From IMG/VR virus record IMGVR_UViG_3300042154_002181: DNA of 20,000 nt. One strand, given 5' to 3'. Every line of letters begins with the position of its first letter. Within the stretch, counting starts at the first letter, position 1. This document shows, in pieces, positions 6,676 to 15,517 of the stretch. The stretch is from an uncultured virus (IMG/VR IMGVR_UViG_3300042154_002181) (Duplodnaviria > Heunggongvirae > Uroviricota > Caudoviricetes). Under the pieces are notes generated by a model. That model ran no database searches and was not told where the DNA came from. It was given only the letters and a program-made list of their open reading frames with translations. The position numbers and the translations under genes were made by a program.

Positions 6676-7989
6676 ATGAAAGAACTATTAGAATTAGTAG
6701 AGAAGTTCATTAATGAAAAACATAAAGAAAAAACTTGGAAAGCTGGTGAAGATTGGGTACAGTATGCAGGACCTTACTTTGATTCTAAAGAATATGTAGC
6801 AGCAGTTAAAAGCTTACTTAGTGAGTGGCTTGTATTAGGTGCTGATGCAAATAAGTTTGAAACTAAATTCCCAAAGAAGTTTGGTAAAGATTATGGACTG
6901 TTGACCAATTCAGGATCTAGCGCTAACTTACTTATGATGTTAGCATTGACTTCTAAGAGAGGTTTAAATCTTCCTAAAGGCACAAAAGTAATTACACCTA
7001 TCGCAGGTTTTCCAACAACAATCAATCCTATTTTACAAGTAGGATTTACTCCTGTGTTTGTAGACATCGAATTAGAAACATTAAACTTAGATCTAGACCA
7101 AGTAGAAAAAGCTTGTATAGACAATCCAGATGTTAAAATAATTACATTTGCTCACGTATTAGGAAATCCTCCTAATATAAATAGATTGATGGAAATAGTT
7201 GAGAAGTATAAACTAATCCTATTAGAAGATTGTTGTGATGCTTTAGGATCATACTATGAAGGAAAACCTTTAGGATCATTCGGCGAATTAGCAAGTTGCT
7301 CATTCTATCCAGCACATCATATGACTATGGGTGAAGGTGGTTTTGTTGCATGTAAAGATGAGAATACCGAAAGAATTATTCGTAGCTTTAGAGAGTGGGG
7401 TAGAGGCTGTTATTGTATAGGCAAACAAAACCTATTAGAGAAAGGATCTTGCGGTTGTCGCTTCAATACATGGCTACCATCGCTGCCAAATGATTTGTTT
7501 GATCACAAATATGTTTATGAAGAAATAGGTTATAATTTGAAACCTATTGAGCTCCAAGCATCAATCGCATTAGTTCAAATGGAGAAGCTTGAAGAAATAG
7601 GACAAAAGCGTAGAGAGAATTACAAAAATCTATTTGCTGCCTTTAGTAAGTATAAACAATATTTTCATTTACATGAAGCACAACCAGGAGCTGATGTTGA
7701 TTGGTTTGCTTTTCCAATAACAGTTAGAGATGGAGCACCATTCAAAAGATCAGATATCTGTCAATTCTTTGAAGCAAATAAAGTACAAACTAGACCTTAC
7801 TTCGCAGGTAATATTATGCTTCAACCCGCTTATGAAGGACTTATGGATCCACAAGAAGTACTTACGAAGTATCCGGTTGCAAGAAAAGTTACAACAGATA
7901 CATTCTTCTTAGGAACATCTCCGGTTATTGATAAAGATAAAATTGATTATATAGAAATTATTCTAGATAGATTTATTAACAGATTATGA
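6676..7989 (+). CDS. rfbH: CDP-4-keto-6-deoxyglucose 3-dehydratase (E1, RfbH/DdhC), DegT/DnrJ family
   Basis: NSGSSANL, FAHVLGNP, LEDCCDALGS, SFYPAHHMTMGEGG (His where aminotransferases have the Schiff-base Lys), WGRGCYC..SCGCRF, DHKY..IGYNLK. Confidence 0.92.
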   Translation: MKELLELVEKFINEKHKEKTWKAGEDWVQYAGPYFDSKEYVAAVKSLLSEWLVLGADANKFETKFPKKFGKDYGLLTNSGSSANLLMMLALTSKRGLNLPKGTKVITPIAGFPTTINPILQVGFTPVFVDIELETLNLDLDQVEKACIDNPDVKIITFAHVLGNPPNINRLMEIVEKYKLILLEDCCDALGSYYEGKPLGSFGELASCSFYPAHHMTMGEGGFVACKDENTERIIRSFREWGRGCYCIGKQNLLEKGSCGCRFNTWLPSLPNDLFDHKYVYEEIGYNLKPIELQASIALVQMEKLEEIGQKRRENYKNLFAAFSKYKQYFHLHEAQPGADVDWFAFPITVRDGAPFKRSDICQFFEANKVQTRPYFAGNIMLQPAYEGLMDPQEVLTKYPVARKVTTDTFFLGTSPVIDKDKIDYIEIILDRFINRL

Positions 7990-8969
7990 AAATAGCTTTT
8001 TTAACTGAGATGGGTTTTGAAGGAAAGATTCCTGTAGATCATTATAATATGAGGACAGAGTTTGCTTGGATGTATGCACTAGATGCAGATCACAGACATC
8101 TTTACCATTATGCAGAGATTCAGGAATATGATCATGTTTTCATCATCTTTCCAAAAGGACAAATTAATTACAGTACTATAGGAGTTAAGTTAGGTGACAT
8201 ACCTAATCCTCATTCTCAATTACTTGCTAGTGATTGGCTACTTAAGTTAAAAGCTAATAATAAAAAAGTATATTACGTACAGGAAGGTCCTCATTGGATG
8301 TTTACTGAGCTAGAGATATCAGACCAGATCCATTTCTATAATATGCTTACATCAGTTGATATGATATTTGCTCACAATAATAGTGATGTAAAGTATTACG
8401 CGGGTTTAGTTCCTAATACTCCTATTAAAACTATTCCTAGCTTAATGATAGAAGATACTATTCTAAATGTAGAATGGAAGCCTGAAGATAAAGCTATCAT
8501 AGGAGGTAACTTTGCAAGATGGTATGGAGGGTTTGAAAGCTACGTAGTAGCTCAAGAATTTCAAGTACCTATTTGGGGACAAACTTCTCATGCTAAGAAA
8601 ATCCTGGAAGATCAATTAATACTACCCTTACCTAGAGTAATGTGGACAGAATGGATTCAGCAATTAAGTACCTTTAAATATGCAGTACACTTAATGCCAA
8701 CAGTAGCAGCAGGTACTTTCGTTTTAAACTGTTCTTACTTAGGTATACCATGCATAGGAAATATAGAAGTTGATACTCAAATGCGGTGTCAAAAAGACTT
8801 AGCTGTGGACATAGCCGATGTAGAGTCAGCAAGACAATTAGCTAAAAGACTTGTTGAAGATAAAAGCTTTTATCATAGATGTAGTGAAGATGCAAAACAC
8901 TATTATAATAAGGAGTATTCATTAGATTCTTGGAAAAGAAAAATGTTTAAAATATTAAATTTTATATAA
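7986..8969 (+). CDS. Putative glycosyltransferase (divergent GT-B-like)
   Basis: MKIAFLTE start; C-terminal YAVHL..AAGTFVLNCSYLGIPCIG resembles a GT-B nucleotide-binding region; context. Confidence 0.6.
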   Translation: MKIAFLTEMGFEGKIPVDHYNMRTEFAWMYALDADHRHLYHYAEIQEYDHVFIIFPKGQINYSTIGVKLGDIPNPHSQLLASDWLLKLKANNKKVYYVQEGPHWMFTELEISDQIHFYNMLTSVDMIFAHNNSDVKYYAGLVPNTPIKTIPSLMIEDTILNVEWKPEDKAIIGGNFARWYGGFESYVVAQEFQVPIWGQTSHAKKILEDQLILPLPRVMWTEWIQQLSTFKYAVHLMPTVAAGTFVLNCSYLGIPCIGNIEVDTQMRCQKDLAVDIADVESARQLAKRLVEDKSFYHRCSEDAKHYYNKEYSLDSWKRKMFKILNFI

Positions 8970-9992
8970 ATGAAAACAGCATTAGTATTAGGAGCTGGTG
9001 GATTCATTGGCTCACATTTAGTAAGAAAATTAAAAGAGGAAGGATTTTGGGTTCGCGGTGTAGACTTAAAGTATCCTGAGTTTTCTAAAACAGCAGCTGA
9101 TGACTTTGTTATTGGCGACTTAAGAGATCCTAGAGTAGTAAATAATATTATGCTATTGGAATCGAATAACGGAGAATATCCTTTAGAGTACTCTATTCAA
9201 TCACCTCGTCCGTTTATACAGCATATGCAATGGGATGAAGTATATCAATTAGCAGCCGATATGGGTGGTGCAGGATATATTTTTACAGGTGAGAATGATG
9301 CTAATGTAATGCATAACTCTGCTACAATTAATTTAAATGTTGTTGAAGCAGCTGTAAGACACAAAGTAAAGCGTGTATTCTATAGCTCATCTGCTTGTAT
9401 GTATCCTGAACATAATCAGTTAAATCCTGAGAATCCAAACTGCGAAGAGAGTTCAGCTTATCCAGCTAATCCAGATTCAGAGTATGGATGGGAAAAATTA
9501 TTTAGTGAGAGGTTGTACTTAGCATTTGCTAGAAACTACGGCTTAGAAGTTCGTATAGCTAGATTCCATAATATATTTGGACCAGAAGGTACATATAAAG
9601 GAGGCAAAGAAAAAGCACCTGCTGCTATATGCCGTAAAGTTGCAGAAACTTTAGAGGGAGGTGAGATTGAAGTATGGGGTGATGGTTTGCAGACTAGAAG
9701 CTTTTTATACGTAGATGAGTGTGTTAAAGGTGTACTAAAGTTAATAAGATCAGACTTCGAAGGACCAGTTAACATTGGAAGTGAAGAGATGGTTACTATT
9801 AATGAATTAGCTCAATATGCAATAGATATTAGCGGTAAGAAAATAACTATTAAGAATATTCCAGGGCCTACAGGAGTTAGAGGTAGGAATTCTGATAATA
9901 AATTAATTGAAGAGAAATTAGATTGGGTACCAAATTACTCATTGTACGAAGGTTTAATACATACTTATGAGTGGATCAGAAAACAAATATGA
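8970..9992 (+). CDS. NAD-dependent epimerase, GDP-mannose 3,5-epimerase (GME)-like extended SDR
   Basis: GAGGFIG, YQLAADMGGAGYI, YSSSACMYP, YGWEK, GGKEKAPAAICRK, WGDGLQTRSF, GVRGRNSDN. Confidence 0.9.
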   Translation: MKTALVLGAGGFIGSHLVRKLKEEGFWVRGVDLKYPEFSKTAADDFVIGDLRDPRVVNNIMLLESNNGEYPLEYSIQSPRPFIQHMQWDEVYQLAADMGGAGYIFTGENDANVMHNSATINLNVVEAAVRHKVKRVFYSSSACMYPEHNQLNPENPNCEESSAYPANPDSEYGWEKLFSERLYLAFARNYGLEVRIARFHNIFGPEGTYKGGKEKAPAAICRKVAETLEGGEIEVWGDGLQTRSFLYVDECVKGVLKLIRSDFEGPVNIGSEEMVTINELAQYAIDISGKKITIKNIPGPTGVRGRNSDNKLIEEKLDWVPNYSLYEGLIHTYEWIRKQI

Positions 9993-11076
9993 TTATCTAA
10001 TAGTTGGAGCTGGTTTCTTTGGAGCTATTTGTGCTCATGAATTAACTAAAAAAGACTACAAAGTCTTAGTAATTGAGAAAAGAGATCACATAGGCGGAAA
10101 TTGCTATACAAAAAATGTAGAAGGAATTAACGTTCATGTTTATGGTCCACATATATTTCATACCTCTAACGAAAAGGTATGGAAGTGGATTAACCAGTTT
10201 GTAAAGTTTAATAATTTTACTTATAGACCAGTTGCTAACTATAACGGAGAGATTTACTCTCTTCCTTTTAATATGTGGACCTTCTCTAAGCTATGGAATG
10301 TTACACATCCTAATCAAGCTGAAATGCGTATAAGACAACAAAGTAAACATATAGGAGAGCCTACTAACTTAGAAGAACAAGCTATCAAGTTAGTTGGAGT
10401 AGATGTTTACGAAAAATTAATTAAAGGCTATACAGAAAAACAATGGAGAAAGCCTTGCACCCAACTTCCTAAAGAAATAATTAAACGCCTTCCAGTTCGC
10501 TTTAACTATGATAATAACTACTTTAACGATAAGTATCAAGGCATTCCGATAGGAGGGTATACTCAAATATTTGAAAAGCTGTTAGAAGGAGTAGACGTGC
10601 GATTAGATTATGATTACTTTACTAGTGAGTTTGATTTTGAATACGATACAGTAATCTATACAGGACCTATAGATACTTTTTATAAGTACAAGTTCGGAGA
10701 TTTAGAATATAAGACTACTAGATTTGAGCATCATATACTTGATGATAGAAATTATCAAGGAACAGCTGTAATGAACTATACCGATAGTGAATCATCTCAT
10801 ACAAGAGTAATAGAACATAAACATTTCGAAAATACAGAATCAGATAAGACTTACCTAACTTGGGAATATCCCACAGAGTATAAACCAGAAGAAACAGAGC
10901 CAATGTACCCTGTAAACGATTTAGAAAATAATACTAAATACTTAAAGTATAAGCAGTTGGCAGATAAAGAAAAAAATGTTATTTTTGGAGGTAGACTAGC
11001 AGAGTATAAGTACTACGATATGCATCAAGTTATAGACTCCGCTTTAAACTTTGTAGATAAAATAAACAATAAATAA
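9967..11076 (+). CDS. glf: UDP-galactopyranose mutase
   Basis: YDYLIVGAG, HIGGNCY, HVYGPHIFHT, GYTEKQW, YFNDKYQGIPIGGYT, EPMYPVND, GRLAEYKYYDMHQVI. Confidence 0.97.
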   Translation: MSGSENKYDYLIVGAGFFGAICAHELTKKDYKVLVIEKRDHIGGNCYTKNVEGINVHVYGPHIFHTSNEKVWKWINQFVKFNNFTYRPVANYNGEIYSLPFNMWTFSKLWNVTHPNQAEMRIRQQSKHIGEPTNLEEQAIKLVGVDVYEKLIKGYTEKQWRKPCTQLPKEIIKRLPVRFNYDNNYFNDKYQGIPIGGYTQIFEKLLEGVDVRLDYDYFTSEFDFEYDTVIYTGPIDTFYKYKFGDLEYKTTRFEHHILDDRNYQGTAVMNYTDSESSHTRVIEHKHFENTESDKTYLTWEYPTEYKPEETEPMYPVNDLENNTKYLKYKQLADKEKNVIFGGRLAEYKYYDMHQVIDSALNFVDKINNK

Positions 11077-11077
11077 T

Positions 11078-12037
11078 ATGTTAGAAAGAAAAAAGACTTT
11101 AGCAGTATTTAGCAATGTTACTACGGAAAAGTTTATGGACCGAGTACAAGAGGTAAAAGAGTATACAGAGTTGGGGTTACTTTACGGGAACGATCAAAGT
11201 AGATACGATGAGTATGCAAAATGTGCAGTAGCTAGCTTTAAAAAATGGCATCCAGACGTAGAGACTATTTTTATTGATGATAATAACTTAGAGGAGTACT
11301 TTAAGCTTTTTGGTGATATCAAGTTCGTTAATAGCGCTGTTGTACAGAAACTAATCTTAGCTCTAGCAGCAGCACAGTATTATAAAGCAGATAAGTTAAT
11401 TATTATAGATATTGACACCATTACTACTTCAAGACTTACAGAAATGTTGGAAGACGACGAGACTGATATGTTACTCTCGATGAACTATAATAGGTTTGAA
11501 ACAACTAAATACTGGACTCCTCCTTCTTATGTATTAGAGTATGAAGACGGTACTCAAGTTAAAGAGGTTGTAAATATCAATACAGGAGTTATGTGCTTTA
11601 ATAATTTAAAAGCTTTAGAGAAGTCTGTTGAGTTATGTTTTACGCATCCTACAGACTTTGGAGAGCAAGGAGCTATAAACCAATTATTTACAATGCAAGA
11701 TAGCGGATTTACATCTAAAGTATTAGACGGTCCTTATATTTTATCTGATGTTGTTTATAATGTAAAAGCTAAAGGAGTGGACCAATCAGGTATTATTTTT
11801 CAGATAGCAATGAATAATCCTGGACAGTCTTATATTAGAAATTGGTATGTTAAAGAAGGTAAGTTATTTACTCCCGATCATAAGCATATTAAAGTATGGC
11901 ATATTGCAGAAGGACTACACGGTAGACCGAAAGAAGACTTTGATAATATAACAGAGGTGTATAAAAAGCATTTATTCAATGCAGACACTATTAAATTCTT
12001 CGAAGAAGAATGTGCATGCAAAGGATTCTTTAATTAA
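11078..12037 (+). CDS. Glycosyltransferase, GT-A fold (GT8-like)
   Basis: SFKKWHPD, IIIDIDTI (DxD), INTGVMCF, GEQGAINQL, KVWH. Confidence 0.75.
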   Translation: MLERKKTLAVFSNVTTEKFMDRVQEVKEYTELGLLYGNDQSRYDEYAKCAVASFKKWHPDVETIFIDDNNLEEYFKLFGDIKFVNSAVVQKLILALAAAQYYKADKLIIIDIDTITTSRLTEMLEDDETDMLLSMNYNRFETTKYWTPPSYVLEYEDGTQVKEVVNINTGVMCFNNLKALEKSVELCFTHPTDFGEQGAINQLFTMQDSGFTSKVLDGPYILSDVVYNVKAKGVDQSGIIFQIAMNNPGQSYIRNWYVKEGKLFTPDHKHIKVWHIAEGLHGRPKEDFDNITEVYKKHLFNADTIKFFEEECACKGFFN

Positions 12038-12049
12038 TAAATTTTTAAG

Positions 12050-13957
12050 ATGTATAAAGTAGTTCACAAACCTTGGGGTAAAGAAGAATGGCTTGAATTA
12101 AACGATGCCTATTGTTATAAGAGAATTTATATCAATGCTGGTTATAAAACTTCCTTCCAGTATCATGAGTTTAAAAAAGAAACAAATTACATTATTTCAG
12201 GCGAAGCTGAAGTATGGTTAGAAAACGATGAAGGAGTTGTAGAGAAAAAAATAATGAGAGGTGGAGAGTTCTTTAACGTGACACCTCCTAAGAAGCATAG
12301 AGTGATAGCTATTACAGATATTATTTTACAGGAAGTATCTACACCGCATGTAGATGATGTATTTAGAATTGACGATGAGTTTAATAGAGCGGATGGTAAA
12401 GTAGAAGCAGAGCATAAAACTCCGGCTGTATTAATACTAGCTGCTGGTTTAGGAACTAGATTGAAAGGTCTTACAGAGAACGTTAATAAGGGTATGCTTC
12501 CTATTAACAATAAAGCTATTATCTCTCATATTATAGAAAAATTTCCTAAAGAGTATGATTTCGTAGTAGCGCTAGGATACAAAGGAGTAGAGTTACAACA
12601 ATACTGTCAACTAGCATATCCAGATCATAAATTTACATTTGTCGAAATAGATAAATACGAAGGAGAAAATTCAGGCCCTGGCTACTCGGCTCTACAATGT
12701 AAACAGCATCTCCAACGTCCTTTCTACTTTACGGTGGTAGATTGTTTAATAGAAGGTAAAGTACCTCACTTAGACGGAAACTGGTTAGGAGTTCATCCTA
12801 CAAGCTATCCTGAAAAGTACGCTACTTTAGAAGCAAATAAGGAAGGTACTATTACAAATTTTGCCAATAAGGACGTAAATGGATATGATAATGCTTTCAT
12901 TGGCTTGGCTAGTATTTGGGATTACGGCATCTTCTGGAAAGAGTTAGGAGAGAACAACGAGATTGTTTCTGCGTTTAGTACTCCATCTGTGTATCCTACC
13001 TTTAAAGCTAAAGAATTAAAATGGTTAGATACAGGTAACTTAGATGACTTAGAAAGAGCTAAAGAGTATTTCGGAGACACTCCTTTATCTTTAGCTAAGA
13101 CTACAGGAGAGATTACTTATAAAGGAAGTAGCTTTATGAAATTTACACCTAGTGTAGAAATAAATCTTAACAAAGTAAAACGAGCAGAAGCATTGCAGAG
13201 CTTAATTCCATCTAACTTTAAATGGACAGATAACTTTATAGGCTACGATTGGGAATCAGGAGATACACTCTACCGTTACAATTCATTTTATACCTATAAG
13301 AAGTTTTTAGATAAGCTAAAGACTATTATTATTAAGAGTGAAAAGTATGACGGTGATACAGAACTATTTGATAAGTTTTACGGTAAGAAAACTACAGAAA
13401 GAATAGCAGCTTTTTTAGATAGGTTTGGAGCAAGTTATTTTAATCAGAAGTTTATTATTAACGGTAAACAATATCCTTCAATAGATAGTATTACAAGTAA
13501 GATTGATACAAAACAATTTTACGAGAATCCTCTTTATACTCTATTCCACGGAGACTTACAGTTCGATAATATACTTTGGGATAATCGTATGAGTAAATTT
13601 ACTTATATTGATTGGAGAGAGTCCTTTGGCGGATCAACAAAAGGCGGAGACATTTATTACGACTTAGCTAAGTTGTATGGCGGTACTATTATACCGTATG
13701 ATATGATGAAACAGGAAAACGCTGTTACTCTTCATGAAGGCTCTACAGCAGTTACTTACAATTATTTTGTTAGTGAAGACCTATATGAATTTAGAGAGTA
13801 TTATGAAAGCTGGCTTATAGAGAATGGCTTTGATTTAGAGAAAGTAAAATTAATAACAGGTATAATATTTTTGAATATGTCTCCTTTACACGATGAGAAG
13901 TTTGCAAAAATGCTATGGTTTAAAGCAATTGAAATTTTAAATGAATATTGTAAATAA
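12050..13957 (+). CDS. Three-domain fusion: cupin + sugar-phosphate nucleotidyltransferase + APH/choline-kinase-like phosphotransferase
   Basis: Cupin: KPWGKE, SFQYH..KKET, HRV, EVST..DDVFR. NTase: ILAAGLGTRL..NKGMLP, WLDTGN. Kinase: FHGDLQFDNIL, IDWR, YYDLAKL. Confidence 0.88.
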   Translation: MYKVVHKPWGKEEWLELNDAYCYKRIYINAGYKTSFQYHEFKKETNYIISGEAEVWLENDEGVVEKKIMRGGEFFNVTPPKKHRVIAITDIILQEVSTPHVDDVFRIDDEFNRADGKVEAEHKTPAVLILAAGLGTRLKGLTENVNKGMLPINNKAIISHIIEKFPKEYDFVVALGYKGVELQQYCQLAYPDHKFTFVEIDKYEGENSGPGYSALQCKQHLQRPFYFTVVDCLIEGKVPHLDGNWLGVHPTSYPEKYATLEANKEGTITNFANKDVNGYDNAFIGLASIWDYGIFWKELGENNEIVSAFSTPSVYPTFKAKELKWLDTGNLDDLERAKEYFGDTPLSLAKTTGEITYKGSSFMKFTPSVEINLNKVKRAEALQSLIPSNFKWTDNFIGYDWESGDTLYRYNSFYTYKKFLDKLKTIIIKSEKYDGDTELFDKFYGKKTTERIAAFLDRFGASYFNQKFIINGKQYPSIDSITSKIDTKQFYENPLYTLFHGDLQFDNILWDNRMSKFTYIDWRESFGGSTKGGDIYYDLAKLYGGTIIPYDMMKQENAVTLHEGSTAVTYNYFVSEDLYEFREYYESWLIENGFDLEKVKLITGIIFLNMSPLHDEKFAKMLWFKAIEILNEYCK

Positions 13958-14564
13958 AGATACTAAATTATACGGTTCATTCTCCTCTAATCCAGGAAAC
14001 AATGGCTGTATCTTTTTTAATACTCGCTTTCAACAAGAAGGTATAAATGCTATATACAAGTCATTTTATTCAGATAATATTCTAAGTTCGGTAATAGCCG
14101 CTAAAATATTAAAATTTAAAGGCTTTGCTATTAGTATGCCATTTAAAGCAGAAGTATTAAAGCACGTTGACGAAGTTGATTTTGCTGCTAAGATAATCGG
14201 TGCAGCAAATACTGTAGTAAACAAAGACGGCTTTTTAAAAGCATACAATACCGACTGGATGGGGGTTTATAACTACCTTTCTTTATTAACTAAACCTGAG
14301 CAGTTATACATTTTAGGTAACGGCGGTTTTGGTAAAGCGGTAGAGTATGCTTGTATTCAATTAAGCATACCTTGCAGATTTATTCTTAGAGCCGAATGGG
14401 ACAAAGTGCCTAATTTAGACGGAATGGTATTCAATGCGACACCTGTAGATGTAGAAGTAAGAGGAACATTGATCGACGGTAGACCCTTTGTTGAAGGGCA
14501 GGGTAGAATGATTGCTGATTTACAAGCTGAAGAACAATATAAAATTTATAAAGAATGGATGTAA
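13941..14564 (+). CDS. Shikimate dehydrogenase-family oxidoreductase, SdhL-like, shortened
   Basis: NKDTKL..S.SSNPGNNG..FFN, IYKSF, AISMPFK, AANTVVN..G.LKAYNTD, ILGNGGFGKAV, FNATP; lacks the AroE HSxSP motif. Confidence 0.85.
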   Translation: MNIVNKDTKLYGSFSSNPGNNGCIFFNTRFQQEGINAIYKSFYSDNILSSVIAAKILKFKGFAISMPFKAEVLKHVDEVDFAAKIIGAANTVVNKDGFLKAYNTDWMGVYNYLSLLTKPEQLYILGNGGFGKAVEYACIQLSIPCRFILRAEWDKVPNLDGMVFNATPVDVEVRGTLIDGRPFVEGQGRMIADLQAEEQYKIYKEWM

Positions 14565-15517
14565 AGTACTTTATCGGACCTATGACTAAGAATGTAGTAG
14601 ATGCTATAGTAGATTTCTGTAATGCTACAGGAAATCAAATAGCTTTTATTCCTTCTCGTAGACAAGTAGAATGGGACGGAGGTTATGTTAACAACTGGAC
14701 TACAGAAGAGTTTAGTAAGTATGTTACTACTTTACCTATTCAACGTGATCACGGAGGTCCAGGTCAAGGTAACAACGATGACGATGGATTGGAATCTTTA
14801 GCTCACGATGCTAAACACTTCCAGTTAATTCATATCGATCCTTGGAAGAAATATCCTAACTTCTCAGACGGCTTAGAAAAGACTATCGAGATGATTAAGT
14901 TTGCTTATAAAATTAATCCTACGTTAATATTTGAAGTCGGTACAGAAGAAGCAATTAGACCATTCGACCCAGACGAGTTAGACTTATTAGTAGCAAGCCT
15001 ACGATCAGCTCTACCTGAAGAAGTGTATTGGCAAATAAAGTATTTGGTTATTCAATCAGGAACTTCCCTTAAAGGAATTGATCAGACAGGCAATTACGAT
15101 TCTACTCGTTTAAAAGAGATGATTGAAGTAGCTAGAAGCTACGATATGTTATCTAAGGAGCATAACGGAGATTATATTCCTGCAGAAGTTATTAAAGAGA
15201 AATTTAGTTTAGGATTAGATGCTATAAATATTGCTCCTGAATTTGGATTAATAGAAACTTTAACATATCTTAAGGAGATAGAGGACGTTACTTTATTTAA
15301 TAGATTCTGGCAAATATGCTACGATTCTAAAAGATGGGTTAAATGGGTAAATTCTGATTTTAATCCTGAAGTAAACAGAAAAGAGTTGATTAAGATTTGC
15401 GGCCATTATGTATTATCTAATCCTGAATTTATTAATGAGATTAAATCTCAATTTCCAGGTATAGATGAGAAAGTAAAACAGAACATTACAAATAAATTAA
15501 ATGAACTATATTCGTAG
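14555..15517 (+). CDS. GatZ/KbaZ-like TIM-barrel protein (putative ketose-phosphate C4-epimerase)
   Basis: RDHGGP, IHIDP, FEVGTEE, VIQSGT, KEHNGDY, INIAPE parallel the GatZ motifs GDHLGP, IHLD, VIGTE, VVQPG, EAHSTDY, LKVGP. Confidence 0.75.
   Translation: MDVKYFIGPMTKNVVDAIVDFCNATGNQIAFIPSRRQVEWDGGYVNNWTTEEFSKYVTTLPIQRDHGGPGQGNNDDDGLESLAHDAKHFQLIHIDPWKKYPNFSDGLEKTIEMIKFAYKINPTLIFEVGTEEAIRPFDPDELDLLVASLRSALPEEVYWQIKYLVIQSGTSLKGIDQTGNYDSTRLKEMIEVARSYDMLSKEHNGDYIPAEVIKEKFSLGLDAINIAPEFGLIETLTYLKEIEDVTLFNRFWQICYDSKRWVKWVNSDFNPEVNRKELIKICGHYVLSNPEFINEIKSQFPGIDEKVKQNITNKLNELYS

Noticed and set aside
1478..14248. Short nested ORFs (1478-1705, 4426-4611, 5796-5984, 6891-7124, 7730-7912, 9536-9775, 10718-10903, 12187-12510, 14066-14248)
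   Set aside because: All lie within well-supported + strand genes and show no recognisable motifs; shadow ORFs.
13941..14564. Gene symbol aroE / aromatic amino acid biosynthesis
   Set aside because: Lacks the AroE HSxSP substrate motif, resembles SdhL, and no other aro genes are present.
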